From a virus: DNA of 64,000 bases. Under the pieces are notes generated by a model. That model saw only the letters and a program-made list of their open reading frames with translations. It was not told the origin of the DNA and made no database searches. Position numbers and translations under genes: made by a program. The DNA is taken from positions 17,535-81,534 of the IMG/VR virus record IMGVR_UViG_3300020472_000016, one strand, 5' to 3'. Shown here piece after piece: positions 42,701 through 46,364 of the stretch. Position 1 is the stretch's first letter. Every line of letters begins with the position of its first letter.

Positions 42701-43226
42701 GATTGATGTTAAGACTGCTGGTGTTGGTTACGCTCAACCACAAGTTGCAATCCACAACGTTGTTGAGGATGACTGGACTGCACCTGAAGGTCCTGCTATG
42801 AACGGTGGTTATGACACCTACGCAGGTGAGGGTACTGACCAAGATGGTAATCCAATCGTAATCGTTGATGGTTATATAACTATCACTTCACAACCTGTTA
42901 ACGTAACAGTTAACCAAGGTCAAATGGCAGGATTTACTGTACTCGCTACGTTTAATCTTTCATCTGATGGTTCTGTAGGATCTACTCCTCTGAACTACCA
43001 GTGGCAACGTAAGCAGTATGGTGAGACCACATGGGCAAACATAACAGGTGCTACAGGTGGTGTTTATACTACTGACTCTGCTGAACAGGCAGACGATGGT
43101 GATGAGTTCCGTGTAGCAATAACTGCTGCTGGTGCTTCACCTGTTTACTCTAACTCTGTAATCCTCTCGGTACAGACTGGTGCAACAGTTATTTCTAACT
43201 TCGTACCAACTCAAATATTCCAATAA
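15768..43226 (+). CDS. gp7: giant baseplate wedge initiator / virion structural protein (gp7-like, 9152 aa)
   Basis: Between gp6 and gp8; QLPAFIRE..FLFEYYKSQE N-terminus, IKDFYLAKGT..LFKILFG and IQDSYFYQNFSYVIKS..HPAGF wedge motifs; many GxGY repeats, YHYH-like, beta-propeller, two LamG, CBM-like and Ig-like modules. Confidence 0.8.
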   Translation: MFAKTVNISDRVENQLPAFIREEDEQFVNFLFEYYKSQEKTGRPYNILNNLLNYLDLDDYDQKVLASTTVLIKDVDPTNTLIEVESIDGFMDRDGSVMIDNEVIYYENTVRGPDAILTPGLSLEEFNKKRQELENPIQEFDGVRTTFPLNFLGTPVSPVSAEHLAVTVFNVSQVPGVDYSISGSQITFTNPPRARIGTDSVGSCQIVYYIGFADAVVKELTYPNVFDIAGDDSMALSYESLSYSPISEIGLIVNRNGTLQQPYIDYVLTDNNSKIKFFVNITNQDNFHIRSIEYVSASFGTGAHAVTSVGVNGQIEAINVKEGGKGYKLNFAPKVAITSSTEKGTGAAARTLVAGIKDIRLINGGQGYTSYNPPKVKITQPSDMVNGSGATASIQVDDTTGTVSSIKITNSGSGYDFIPAITFVNPSGAIITDPTIDGEGRLDGASITITDGGIGYSNPPVIYIDPAPTGGIDAVADCTVSPDGEIVAVNISNRGRGYLTPPRARVVQPIGAQVLDVTVANGSVTNINLLTGGKGYTDAPSVYIVDDRKGSLGEAIGGTGAQAAATIFNGEITDINIINFGSGYSDSEPPKIYVAEPLAAQASCDVGFGEVTGFTILSSGKEYEPSSLNGCSRGVSDVVTFDKYNNQIFAKESQLAQSDHVSGSSVKNLDSQIISKVFDKFRRQYMPTINIDYTQVNPIQVIKTIKDFYLAKGTKTAAQYLFKILFGEEVDIFYPRDELIKPSDASWVVDTILRAQLISGNPANLTNAQLVQEADVVDQNVKDASVLIENVISIIEGTDIIYELAISEETLTGVFKIPYKTGLVEPLTTTENIITVDSTIGWPEKNGTIIINDQEIVQYKEKSLNQFIECTRSKNAIVEDWDPGTIIYSDIFVYANKGTDEEVKLRVLGIAEAGTTVLEDSGSYYLPGDKLNVAALGSTADDERLQSWLYNVKKLISVTSITPGGLNNQTATVITGNAHGLLVEDKVTIYGANPAVYNGTFEVTARLDDYSFSYSIPTPMTIVPQGNILLSVDLNRGKSSVSTINEVISLFTSNVQNSFFNNDYVYVAASGLPNYKVGPFTGSAMIPGNQRKLLRFPRTVSTISTRTEVAPNSPIGSWVNGVSAWSYKSSEFVTFGPLTGININSGGEDYDAGSKPALEITGGGGTGALATVTVNGSLDSVEVTAEGTGYTEQPLISIVGGGGTGATAQAVVTNGRVTRILVENPGTGYTAQPTISITGGNGAGALAVASVRGPISAVTLSNSGSGYTSKPTIKLNSGEGALAQPIVINGRIVSIAIINSGDAYTSAPKVYINGDGFGAQATAIIGTIGEDKGKVISVSITNKGVGYTQGMTSVRMEAIGQLATFAADVYQWRKNVEYDLSSKYDVARGYVFTGFNNQYGGEYAHVSDPKELRYVVGDNVFLNPATQNFQEVPSNIEHSPIIGWAFDGNPIYGPYGYIDPTDQNSGIRRMRSSYTLKSEVVYDIDTNPTPARTDGPALATYPAGNFINDYKYTFQQGDLDPYNGRFCKTPDYPAGTYAYFVTIDESDAGIPVFPYVIGPEYNSVVDTWNLSLSAVQENIPADVARFRDPYTNVDIDIDRQPNQESDSFVTEKEGDLLIFEIEDIDGDAIISPSEIANEQAITEEAALEIYDYFPSVSTESRVDIEVDTTTKFENARIDGFVVENAGSSYQVNDTLYFDNTGTDGFGASAIIESVQGRTINGYQKEIINDISYGKITTATEHELVAQDEIIVNSRVITDNTNKRFYMSVVTGIEDITVTQVGIGYNTQLPPTYEIITSQGQDINFNIILDETTGKVGEVNIINSGYGYDVDNPPQIRVSHPQQYKKTYYWLSEYYEAAGSIEIFDIVMATDRYMYVCGELTQTNGDTAAFLAKFTDLGVMVWDRTLLPSASIKKARWKSIYLDETSEENNLLYMIGETESQGTATYNPDILIAKYESGFDNSNAPEGIVRWQKEIAGVSGAARRDYAGDIFMDDEQRVYICGWTDTNAVDAYDIWVMQLNNTGDVVEKRKFASNSEGERMEQLHYIGNNKMLWCGVDQDNNDLIFGEMEYDGANIELNYVKRLAISGGDVKRPRFQIDEYNDLFFICDMWNGTKFYGCSFLKIALNQLSTNPTTPEYYFSKTIQPSGNFESINHAGLSIDVFGNVSIATDVKYSDNDLQAVVMSFKYDGTLLKSTNIKDTDDIGFKTRNHIVDNSGDVIIAANKQKPIQTVVNRFDSAPISFAGDIASGAATVTNVSNATSLATGDVVSITSGAGSVTLAAGVKVLTATGTTVTLDTNFGGSGSATGAILSAVDVSGLIEDSSKQANTTATFSDVTKVMHNTADYKFGSGSLKFSGGPTYMKHAGAGLTSNWTASVWSLMEASHASNNPKVEMITIDDALGNGIVVTVDGNAASGNLGKIEMTIAPQGGGGSTIASVGSTYWTTLQDSAFHHWAVVKETPSLGSYTYSVYFDGVQVCTATVATEIGLNDLYIGANKTSPATGNCFLGSIDDVVIEPNSVFTGASFTLPTTQFAITSNNSQLNLIKFDRLHDKRGAYSAFPSTTYTKALTFTETSGINVNNLTNPVITVWAEGSSGLQILDMSDTISTLAPGTYTFTNATHQFASKTSTVPSPLGVKLKVDAIVIPKYYVRDAGFQKIDNVLEFQFNQDVRFTKGTILQQYNSQGVVQAYGTIVEVPTGTLDEPGLGDKYKIGKMFGNFNDTDLFKNNTGEENIIKDVIFQPERAQAEWLTATAYTTDDQVWSDGKIYKATNTATSGATAPTHEIGNVTDGSVIWQYISAAGPIEVALIDHPWPVPSEPLWQATKSYALNDLVYFGRQKYKCTTAGVTGSVAPTHTSGTATDGTVVWTWQSQYDSIHAYARFRPYDAGDYKVKILEVYSGSDFIVGDVISLGGSVTTGPKEGDPKIGQINGVTTVKKVEYVVNLDKDIIRSANTRTDLIYCQALSPHRFLAGDILFVEGFTTAQFNGSFFVEEVFSSRDFLYRMRNAADSEPVFYNNAIFNVKISSKHPTLMLVRNHSYVFDMSDASNFGYFLSFSQDNQFKLEYSFNVIERSGTPGLSSNTETPIVNFTIGGEVTNITYYFDPSRTLSSNSPVGTNSFIDVIKTPYDGTFKIAEVISETEFRFPLEIEPEFNNAEIGLDDQDNPNSYYSTTSTKAIGPINTIKLISPGGFYRKLPIISDIASDRKIEKIKIKNGGTEYAVGVYTQVPIIGDGEGGLCIITVELDVETNSGTITDVNLTDPGKGYTFGSIDVDGITGILGSTLSGSGGELDVVIPDEGTGASVFLTGTEIGKIKTLKNNEFGYGYSHDYTLRPEIAFPVNLQLFNTSILSEIKITDPGAGYTSAPVVVISGGGGLGADAEAIVKNNRLSEIIVKDPGAGYSSQPSVLLKSEFTYVVNLDLNYLQFNFPHGITTGAAIQFRAEDIGSDVGELPKPSSVGLTSLSSTTIYYAIAGNVAGLESDQLRFALTPADSESGNYITFLTQGNGRQVLLTEVFGGKAEAVVETSRFLESEEVFQGETYELANAFGTVSTNDGWQIGPKILKVVNPKGVFVKGGKVQGVISRASGIIDNVQIAKGILNIDAITKTSGRFIDDVGKPSEIVQKIQDSYFYQNFSYVIKSQIPINRWKKQILENNHPAGFNMFGQLELTGGKDISGRKIGTEFTKQVNIDEYTNVNQITSFGAAQPIYSTFNNSEVLFRKKRLTNSEEILTSIVKKIDSISDQFDGATKAFNLTVEGDQVIIKENQMLVTLNGVIQSPGEAYQIVGNQIVFAEAPRPDSKVIYRNVDITVLPIKRLNLTQIGGIFPQIGDIITSKFNNVNSSAKVIDTSTNTVDIIQIIGTTFVNNARVDVSRTGFSAFIGSIDDVNQSTIFEFGETVTKVDLAGETAIIEETNLDLDGNLDNSLVLSKTSGTAQYETGAYNILLNDVIYSAGSKIAAQVTGISPYRDPVTSINLAQAVAFEEDQLITGGSSGAQALVVRVDAEANPPVLYYVKKNTPDFVDGETVTNQNAVNGVISGEPKVGDVVDTLIINKGSSFFGLVFERLISLSNQNVILDNISETTISPVELNNAANRINADFLDYEEVRSTEIEYSGLSGGSLAVNDVIRSINVTYGNPVTDALNRYKDAARSIRNNRQEIIDFATSQIAIDYPGFYHTGDNQIAQMGRFKDAYRLIQKNKEWIIAKSYDEMITQYPGTTIPSATKCKRDLGYFIDALSRDTGWGGTVYTRKLCNMFFPDGSTFQYVNSQANEINYGYGKAYDHMVEALTNTLSGSETIDSVAYTKYNEQSTGGSGGSGITADPSPGDNYGTSGSNATNNGPNNCADVTAALNTLWTNVSEVILSASLTDLIDLSQPVALTPLETKCTRDTGYFIDAIADDLDGDGNYYMVEFTKKFFNTDGVFIGLPETQEAITAFNAAKDLCKNAMRNIMYEQTLATAGYNLNDPTTYSAPYLNSSSTAQYYDPNYSSGSNQGGTNCANVATAIDTLANIATTSFTGAQFTPSAASYTAATGDLILTIGSHSLTTADTVRIEPNSLTFTCAMDGNTANKTYPRSSDPTYNQQIAITAVGATTITVNVGASPIVNHTVTGATYDPVSGVMVLTIGAHTLGVGESIKIATGSLTFSCDQGGTVGTGTYPRSTGASTGDGEDYAYDTAIEITAKTDTTITVNVNGGQGAVTNTNAHTFVSATPNGIQSGGNYTHTFVSAGTNSVSEGGGLAYINSLATVTDGTYEEGENIRVYKFAYKDRAGLGFFTPGDTIKGHKSEANFSCKGANSGLRWLYTNALTGTFQNREYITNTKLTNVAGASNVTVTPTNATYDAATGHLTITVAAHGFSTGNEVSIAANAIRFTCGMDANATQHDYPRLTDPVANNVRLPIIKTTASTFTVNVGSSPLKHYTPTGVDYQPDTGVMSITIGPNNLNVGEKIRFKPESLVFTCDQDGNQTEHAYPRSSDPFYNTSCNIDGITSSTYSITGASYLPAKGTLNLTIANHGFSNGEMIKIADNSLTFTCTNDNNATNHTYPRTTDPASYQWLPISVVDNNTIGVQIGVSTDISVHTFVSATSNNITKQDGGVIVVNVLNSSPSTNTTLHTFVRGEDAIITGGDYAHTFVSAVSNSFTVYPAKARLTSLDKRSGSNSLVLESNAYLTHDLSDVNAFGSSNFTVEMWIKAKAVTGGQYLFDFRTSGLSETGSLSLYLDGGSIKLAYDSADVISGSHGISAGTWTHVAVSKTSGITKVWVGGVQVGTDYSDSNTYYERKITIGAAQDGANFYQGHIDNFIITKGVSKYQASFTPPVIFTTNDDISFSMSNEHPIIMSDKDSYATFTGTTNSAAAAKKVNYANKEIIVEDVQLSRDEHRRAADMLELNRAWIAETAVNKMKAKYPDLLMPGDTADGIGPQQGTTFCLRDTQEFILKGIIDDIRYGGNYNSTIAARSYLTAYEGLEHIANEVLQSIYTYRELAPICNYVLTTTSTDLENYGVDGDGNPIKYTDILRIPNNFSSPIAQTIQDEIVALGDEIGDIIGPTGQRFRDAGDMIWKNRDVIANEAVGWLEATYQKDINGTVYDFYTNPNANANKCTHEIKTYILPAIVADLVTGGNSGIRNVTAKFLNANGELYSVDNELSAVLDVYEYVGKLCKHAINNTLVTKGSTAAELGVPSEYQDDYHVNEYTELTVYRDDTITIDSEGYNAFRTSNDRLLDAADMLERNANVIAWEAVHTMNDLSKYLNFGVPDGAQNCVDDVLDVLGAVVHDIRKGGNSKTWDAASLYLNKEDKSLIQLNGRQHTHQYVRSELDAIYTGGNYDHTFVTAATNAVVDDGSNNFTPTNVVYTPGDGKLVITMPNHGLATSNTITIAEESLTFTCSMDEHASKHKYPRKGDPAYGKSIAILETTISTITVNVGASPIVNYNVSNADYNAVTGDLTMNVGAHTLQPGTSIRFRDGALTFSCDRDDYATEHSYPRISDPVYNTSVNVSSVGTTTSTPTDASYDTSTGIVTITQNGHGFTGETTASTSDAAYNPNTGIMTITSNGHGFAAGDSVKIAGNSLTFTCGFDGDLSNHTYPRSTDPAYNSWLPVLNVTTNTFDVQVLKEIPSTNVTVHTFVSATASNITKANDYVMIDENALSMSCDTGSGAQTKTYPRPQDPAYKAWLPISNVQLNTFDIQVLSTVPSTNTNAHTFVSFASNGLSRQTGNITVNVGVAPGEDAAAISVLKLATEMAIMTMRNAFGRENLYIFDPEPDPDGDTTPAGGDESIDNVDVESYERNAVKDRFINAADLIERNIRLIAEESIAAALVQYPSLNIPGGNINCVHDLTDFLDSMVWNLRHGGNNKVFHAAEYYVNEGLTHNTEATWITNYARDLAIQVMRNESLALNYGRDPAFDTAVPIVSVASTQHTATDASYDAGTGLLTLTVAGHGFAEGNRVNIADNSLTFTCSMDGNYSNHTYPRLSDPVSNQWLPIISTSTDTFTVNVGVSRIKKFTPTAISYEPNTGNLIMTVGVHDLAVGTNLKIEPNSLTFTCAMDNGATNHTYPRITDPVHDEPIEIVGVTETTVTVNVGTTGITNFDIHDAEFNPTSGQLDINIGAHTFREGESVKLGTNALTFTCAMDSHATDHAYPRASGPGGPDAGYNTSISIDKIGLDTYDITNAGYNPTTGVMTVTIPSHGFKGRTTHTPTGVEYTPATGKMIISLANHGFQNDDRVKIGQNGLVFTCGMDGHTTNHAYPRNYNSSAPGGEDYAYDKWLHVTNVTQNTFEVNVGVSSNQTEHTFVNSVTNCLTHAGDHVKVCTKAIGFKCTKDGNSTTHSYPRQSDPSYDEWLPVTNAGTDTFDIFVGFSGPNDNYTHTFAANTDLTPTNAAYDPNSGKMTLTVNDHGMQNGDTIWIEDGAVTFRCGEDSQSSDHAYPRNITDTFTITGATYDAAAGVMECTVANHGFGNGAMVKFAPGSIKFTCSMDNYDTTHAYPRHDDPIADKWIPVFNVETNTFQVRVGQSIEKQWTPSAAAYSPTTGVMDLTIGAHNFRAGASLTPSNADYNPTSGIMRLTIAGHNIAEGEHIKIADNALTFTCTLDGGSAQKTYPRPSTISHTATTGTTHDPSTGILHINTTSAHDLTNGDWVKFADNSLTFTCGLDGDQTNHSYPRADDPMSGKWVQISNATASGFDVQVLNSIPQSNTSTHVFVSATSNGIQTRDPFSGRWMEVREVGTDWIDVKVLTTAPSTNTNPHTFISAAANCIQTSGDSVRISANSITFTCNKDSNATQHTYPRAAMNAAGGADPVYNGAAKIVAVTDTTISVWVGTSANTTSHSFVSAAANAVRSGGTYTHNFASADANGLSQQRDWAHNNYIPISDVTTNTFSVQLLQKIPSTNTTTHVFQSAASNSIHRGVIQKQNGWIQLNVGTSSNTSWHGFKFADSGALISGGYYDHSFISASTGAVHTGGDYIHDFVSAVTNGITRQNPSGIVTLDIGASGPNDQYTHTFVSAANGALITGGNYAHKFVSATDRALVSGGNYEHTFVSAASNSVNVTGGSQLTPTNAAYDPLTGHLTLTFGSAHGLTANINTVTIDNNAIQFSCEFDGNSSTHGYPRSTDPASGTTLTIISNTTDTITVNIGSTPEVNFNVTDATYDAGTGNLTLDIGSNSLQGPTLGLTPTDAAYNPTTGIITLTINGHGFANGEYIKIADNGLTFTCTQGGGNHSYPRVTDPASGKWLTISNVQTNTFDVQVLDTVPSTNTTTHTLVSIANGCVDKAGESVMVRPNSLTFTCQQDNYSTNHTYPRAKDPSFDRPIPIVGKSGQTITIDVGNSAIVTYTPTNATYDAATGYLAVTIGAHGLSTGTTVKLAPNSFTFTCTRDGNTAQKTYPRGGHTFAQKFYADLDFYPYNQGEYVITADTANPKCADVASAITSLMGLYTDAIATPASLTDGTISKTLPNIWPVKYASEMVMRDVSVTFDQNGATTGDWNTTCVGVADKIEGLMDIVINTIELASGGGGSHLDAVEREVPWRFNNNYQFYTCYNVTSATDTLFDVLLSTLGGGSKSDKHCARHILFNYHAITAKAFERTQNNHPDTTADITFAENMVKALMYDLNTGGNQGMLKLANSWFDGEGNFIAFGNIVRQHLLFYVTRIREYVKRGLYDYNNDTQWAGYDLYLEPSNTAAINNRFEYEKESTEFTIDSSINLAFHALNRSQAPSTNKIDYINSDNITNMTNVYDEGEDYNTDPELILLTPTIEVGFERRENTVTVHKPNFFSRGDVLAYVPASQDLDPNLQDQEYYYVLNAEADYFEVTREKRHDARYRQFAFDQSLKGQQRLQTVVRTGINMPAMVSPVRDNAQPISAGFNTADYLVGSTSNASSEVVRTMNNEADIIKLYKKFNIDAATGRFTNGETIQVQGATANNGIVVQTSALTGDQSNEGWIYVEDMNGTFSDNDVLEGVTSGITNAVNGTSVERMLINTSRGAFKQDEKIFNKGNSAEADIVKYENSAGALVGNSGGRITIDIETIQDDFTDGDVIYGSITDKILDIAYITATGFEELTLNQYVHAESQVECDVNNIIRDGGYAGNFTAGDVVYLLAGTTIKQPGFTAVVTKYQAFDDSVTPNIPHKIWIANLRPYGTNSQGEVVTPDPQELASGGTAIGKFENLNNFPIILAEMSSVTVTNYNSYGRVSGKDITGDTGRIWLEDVVGDFPSNITIKSDAGWYAGVTQSKGLVGRCNRFFRGFDGTQTSFKLTTNNGEAYFPDPAGHLLVFTNGVLQPPGGTQAYTAFSDQIQFTEPPTIGSEFIGYYVGKLRQLDDISFEFDSLRSSFNLRYAGGFYSLTLTEGVSSSTILPENNIVVSLNGVIQEPGVGYELVGSRIIFAEVPRAGSTFVAFSYIGSDADVIAATVVPPIEAGDLLQIDGEGENREVALIESSNSLITFEYTGTVKGRGAAALAQITSGEMTTAIITSPGDGYSSRPNVDVISSSGFDGRVRALMGLLRIDVKTAGVGYAQPQVAIHNVVEDDWTAPEGPAMNGGYDTYAGEGTDQDGNPIVIVDGYITITSQPVNVTVNQGQMAGFTVLATFNLSSDGSVGSTPLNYQWQRKQYGETTWANITGATGGVYTTDSAEQADDGDEFRVAITAAGASPVYSNSVILSVQTGATVISNFVPTQIFQ
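28182..40080 (+). repeat. phycobiliprotein-like helical repeats within the giant protein
   Basis: R..DAA..I..N...IA.EA......YP....P...C.RD....I.A...D...GGN units with Cys codons at 28428, 28908, 32022, 32538, 33018, 34725 plus a degenerate unit near 39890; C-terminal CADV..AI.TL helices at 28782, 29244, 39465, 39669, 39816. Confidence 0.65.
29310..39390 (+). repeat. 23 copies of a ~100-aa beta-domain (FTCxxDxxxxxxHxYPRxxDP ... HTFVSA)
   Basis: Counted directly in the translation in three blocks (about 29.3-31.2, 33.2-34.4 and 34.95-39.4 kb); diverged at DNA level. Confidence 0.85.
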
Positions 43227-43229
43227 ATA
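43223..43229 (+). promoter_or_regulatory. T4-type late promoter
   Basis: ATAAATA overlapping the giant-ORF stop, 10 nt before the next ATG. Confidence 0.65.
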
Positions 43230-43239
43230 ATTAGAAACT

Positions 43240-44838
43240 ATGGCTGCCACGTCATCATACAACGCAGGAACAAAAATGCTCACAGTGGATGGGGATGGAC
43301 TCCCCGATCCAGTGTTGTATGGTACGTTCCCTAATAACGACAATCCTAATGCTGTAACAGAGCAGGATTTTGAGCATACTTTCTATTTTAGAGGTGGTTC
43401 ATTTGGTACTGCTCGTACATTTGATACTCCTTCATTCACACAGAATGGTTATCTTGTAGATGTACCTTTGTCTACAGCAGACAATGATTTGTTAGGTGTT
43501 GAGATCCAAGTAGGGGACAGGATTCTGTTTGTTTTTGATAAGCAAACTGCTAATGAGAAGAAGCAAGTATTTGTGTATAGAGGAACTAGTCAAACTGTTA
43601 CTCCTGGTGAGTTTTGGAGAGAGACATCAAATAATCTTGAGTTAGTTGTAGACTATAGTAGAAGTAATCATACTGGTACTCTAGAATATTTTGATCAAAG
43701 AAATGCTAGATCAAATGTACCTTTAGGTATTGTTGGTGTTACTGCTAATGGTGTAGCAATCTTTAATCCTAGTGCTGGAGCAGGTGGTAACCCACCAACA
43801 GGATTTCAGTGGAATGCACATTATGAAGACTCTCCTGTAGATTTTGGAGATGATTCATGTGGTGGACACCCAGAGAATACAGGACAGTATCACTATCACG
43901 ACACACATTTCCTAGAGTGTTGGCAGAATAATGCTGTGATGGCAGGATATAATGATTACTATGGTTCTAGTCAGTTTAATGGTGATAATTTAAGACATCC
44001 AGACGGTCATTCTAAGATAATTGGTGTTTCGTTTGATGGTTTCCCTGTATATGGACCGTATATTTACTCTAATCCATGGGACAATTCATCATCTAAAATT
44101 TTAGCAAGTAGTTCATATAGAGTTAGATCCGAAGAAGCACCAGGTAGACCTACTTACGGTAATACTACTGCCAACCCTCCTGCTGGATCATTGATGCAGG
44201 ATTGGGAATATGCAGAAGGTACTGGTGTTCTTGATTTCCATAATGGAAGATTCTGTGTAACACCAGAATATCCTACAGGAACATATGCATACTTCTTAGC
44301 AACTGAAGAAGGTAATGAAGGTGCATTAGATCCACAGTTCCCTTATATGATGGGAACTACTTCTCGTGAAACTCTCAATAAACCAGCCAATGATGGTGCT
44401 GCTGCACCTCCAGGAGACGGTGGTGATGGAGGAGGAGAGGCTCCACCTGCTACTATTCTGATTGGTGCACAACCACAGAATGCTACTGTTGCTCAAAGTA
44501 CAACAGCTACATTTACGATTACTGCCTCTATCAGTCCTGAGGATGGACCTAAGACTTATCAATGGTACAGATCTACAGACGGTGGATATTCATTCGCTGT
44601 TCTTACAGGATCTACTGCTAATAGTCTTACCTTCACTGCGTTGTCATATATGTCTGGATACAAATTCAGATGTGTAATTGAGGGACCAATCGGTGCACCT
44701 GCTGCACAGAACTCTCCTCTAACAACTGACGTTGCTACTCTCACCGTAACTGGTGGAGGCGGTGGTCAGCAAGCAGAGAACTTCGATGGTACTAATGCTA
44801 CCTTCGATACTACTGGTATCACCTTCGATGCCACCTAA
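43240..44838 (+). CDS. YHYH-domain virion protein with C-terminal Ig-like domain
   Basis: GVTANGVAIF...CGGHP..GQYHYH...HSKIIGVSFDGFPVYGPY...LDFHNGRFCVTPEYPTGTYAYF; QPQNATV..TYQWYRS..YKFRCVI. Confidence 0.85.
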   Translation: MAATSSYNAGTKMLTVDGDGLPDPVLYGTFPNNDNPNAVTEQDFEHTFYFRGGSFGTARTFDTPSFTQNGYLVDVPLSTADNDLLGVEIQVGDRILFVFDKQTANEKKQVFVYRGTSQTVTPGEFWRETSNNLELVVDYSRSNHTGTLEYFDQRNARSNVPLGIVGVTANGVAIFNPSAGAGGNPPTGFQWNAHYEDSPVDFGDDSCGGHPENTGQYHYHDTHFLECWQNNAVMAGYNDYYGSSQFNGDNLRHPDGHSKIIGVSFDGFPVYGPYIYSNPWDNSSSKILASSSYRVRSEEAPGRPTYGNTTANPPAGSLMQDWEYAEGTGVLDFHNGRFCVTPEYPTGTYAYFLATEEGNEGALDPQFPYMMGTTSRETLNKPANDGAAAPPGDGGDGGGEAPPATILIGAQPQNATVAQSTTATFTITASISPEDGPKTYQWYRSTDGGYSFAVLTGSTANSLTFTALSYMSGYKFRCVIEGPIGAPAAQNSPLTTDVATLTVTGGGGGQQAENFDGTNATFDTTGITFDAT

Positions 44839-44841
44839 ATA
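44835..44841 (+). promoter_or_regulatory. T4-type late promoter
   Basis: CTAAATA 22 nt upstream of ATG 44864. Confidence 0.6.
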
Positions 44842-44863
44842 ACACTGTACAAACTGTAGAAAC

Positions 44864-46363
44864 ATGGCAAAACAGCTAGTTGGTATCGGTTCTTCGGCAA
44901 ATGATGGCACAGGTGACACCCTGCGGGACGGTGCTATCAAGTATAATGCCAACTTTGACGAACTATATCAGAAATTAGGTAATGACACGGACATCCATAT
45001 AGATATCACTGCTGGTATAACGGATGGACAAGTACTTAAATGGAGTAGTACACCAACTCCTGCATTCCGAGGTGCAGACTTTAATCTTTTAAGTGCGAAT
45101 TTAGATACGAATGCTCATCAGATAATTTGTGACGGTACAGATGATATTGTAGTTAAGCAGACTGGTACTGGTGATATTAAACTTTGGGGTGGTGGATCAG
45201 GTTCAGCATACACTTATATTGATGGTGCTGATGGATACTTTAAATGGTATGCACCATATGCAAATGCTGCTGCTCTACCAAATGCTACTAACCACCATGG
45301 TATGTTTGCACATACACATGACACTGGAAAGGCACACTTCGCTCATGATCCTGATTGGATCCAATTAGTAGATGTAAACGATAGTATTAATATCCTGTCT
45401 GATGTAGACACCACTGTGAACGGTGGTCCTTCAGGTGGGCAAGTTTTAAAGTGGAATGCGAGTACTACAAAATGGGAGCCAGCGAATGACGAACAAGGAT
45501 CTGGAGGTGGAGGAGGTACTACACAGAATTTATTCGAAACAGTTACCGCTGACACTGGCACAACAACTGCTTCCGCAGCTAACGATACTCTCATTATTGC
45601 TGGTGGTACTAATATCTCCACCACTCTTGTTGGCGATACTCTTACTGTAGACATGACAGGAGCACTTGGTGCACCTGATCAGAATCTATTCTCAACTTTC
45701 TCTGCAGATAATGGTAGCACTTCTGCTACTGTAGCTACAGACACCTTGTCTATTGCAGGTGGTGCTAGTATCAGTACAAACTTAAGTACCAATACTATTA
45801 CCATTACTAACGATGCACCTAACATCGTACAGAATGTTCTACAGACAATTACTGGTAACAGTGGATCTTATACGTCAAATTCTTCCACTGCTTCTGTTGC
45901 AATAGAAGGTTCTAATGGAATTACTACTTCGGTATCAGGATCCACACTGAGTATTACTTCTACCAGATTACTTCCATCAAATACTTTGGAAGGTAAATCA
46001 ATTTATTATGATGGTGAGAATGATGCATGGGAAGTAGGAGATGGTCCTGTATACTTCTATTCATTTACTGCACCTAGCGATATGATATATCGGGTGTCAG
46101 GTCCAGGAGTTGATTCTGGGACAGATAATCCTGGTTTAGTTCTCTTTAGAGGACATACTTATAAGTTATACAATACTACTGGTGCTAATCACCCACTGAA
46201 GCTACGTGTATCTTCAGGTGGTGCTGCAGTTACCGATGGTGTGAACGCAATGTCTAATGGCACTACAACATACACAGTACCTATGACCGTTGCTGCTGGT
46301 ACGACTTATGTCTATCAGTGTGAATTACATTCAGCAATGATGGGTACCATAACAATAGCATAA
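44864..46363 (+). CDS. baseplate-attached fibre (T4 gp9/gp10-type N-terminus) with C-terminal cupredoxin-like domain
   Basis: IGSSANDGTGDTLRDGAIKYNANFDELY; two GQVLKW motifs; three TADTGTTTA..NDTL.IAGG repeats; NHPL...YQCELHSAMMGTI. Confidence 0.75.
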   Translation: MAKQLVGIGSSANDGTGDTLRDGAIKYNANFDELYQKLGNDTDIHIDITAGITDGQVLKWSSTPTPAFRGADFNLLSANLDTNAHQIICDGTDDIVVKQTGTGDIKLWGGGSGSAYTYIDGADGYFKWYAPYANAAALPNATNHHGMFAHTHDTGKAHFAHDPDWIQLVDVNDSINILSDVDTTVNGGPSGGQVLKWNASTTKWEPANDEQGSGGGGGTTQNLFETVTADTGTTTASAANDTLIIAGGTNISTTLVGDTLTVDMTGALGAPDQNLFSTFSADNGSTSATVATDTLSIAGGASISTNLSTNTITITNDAPNIVQNVLQTITGNSGSYTSNSSTASVAIEGSNGITTSVSGSTLSITSTRLLPSNTLEGKSIYYDGENDAWEVGDGPVYFYSFTAPSDMIYRVSGPGVDSGTDNPGLVLFRGHTYKLYNTTGANHPLKLRVSSGGAAVTDGVNAMSNGTTTYTVPMTVAAGTTYVYQCELHSAMMGTITIA

Positions 46364-46364
46364 G

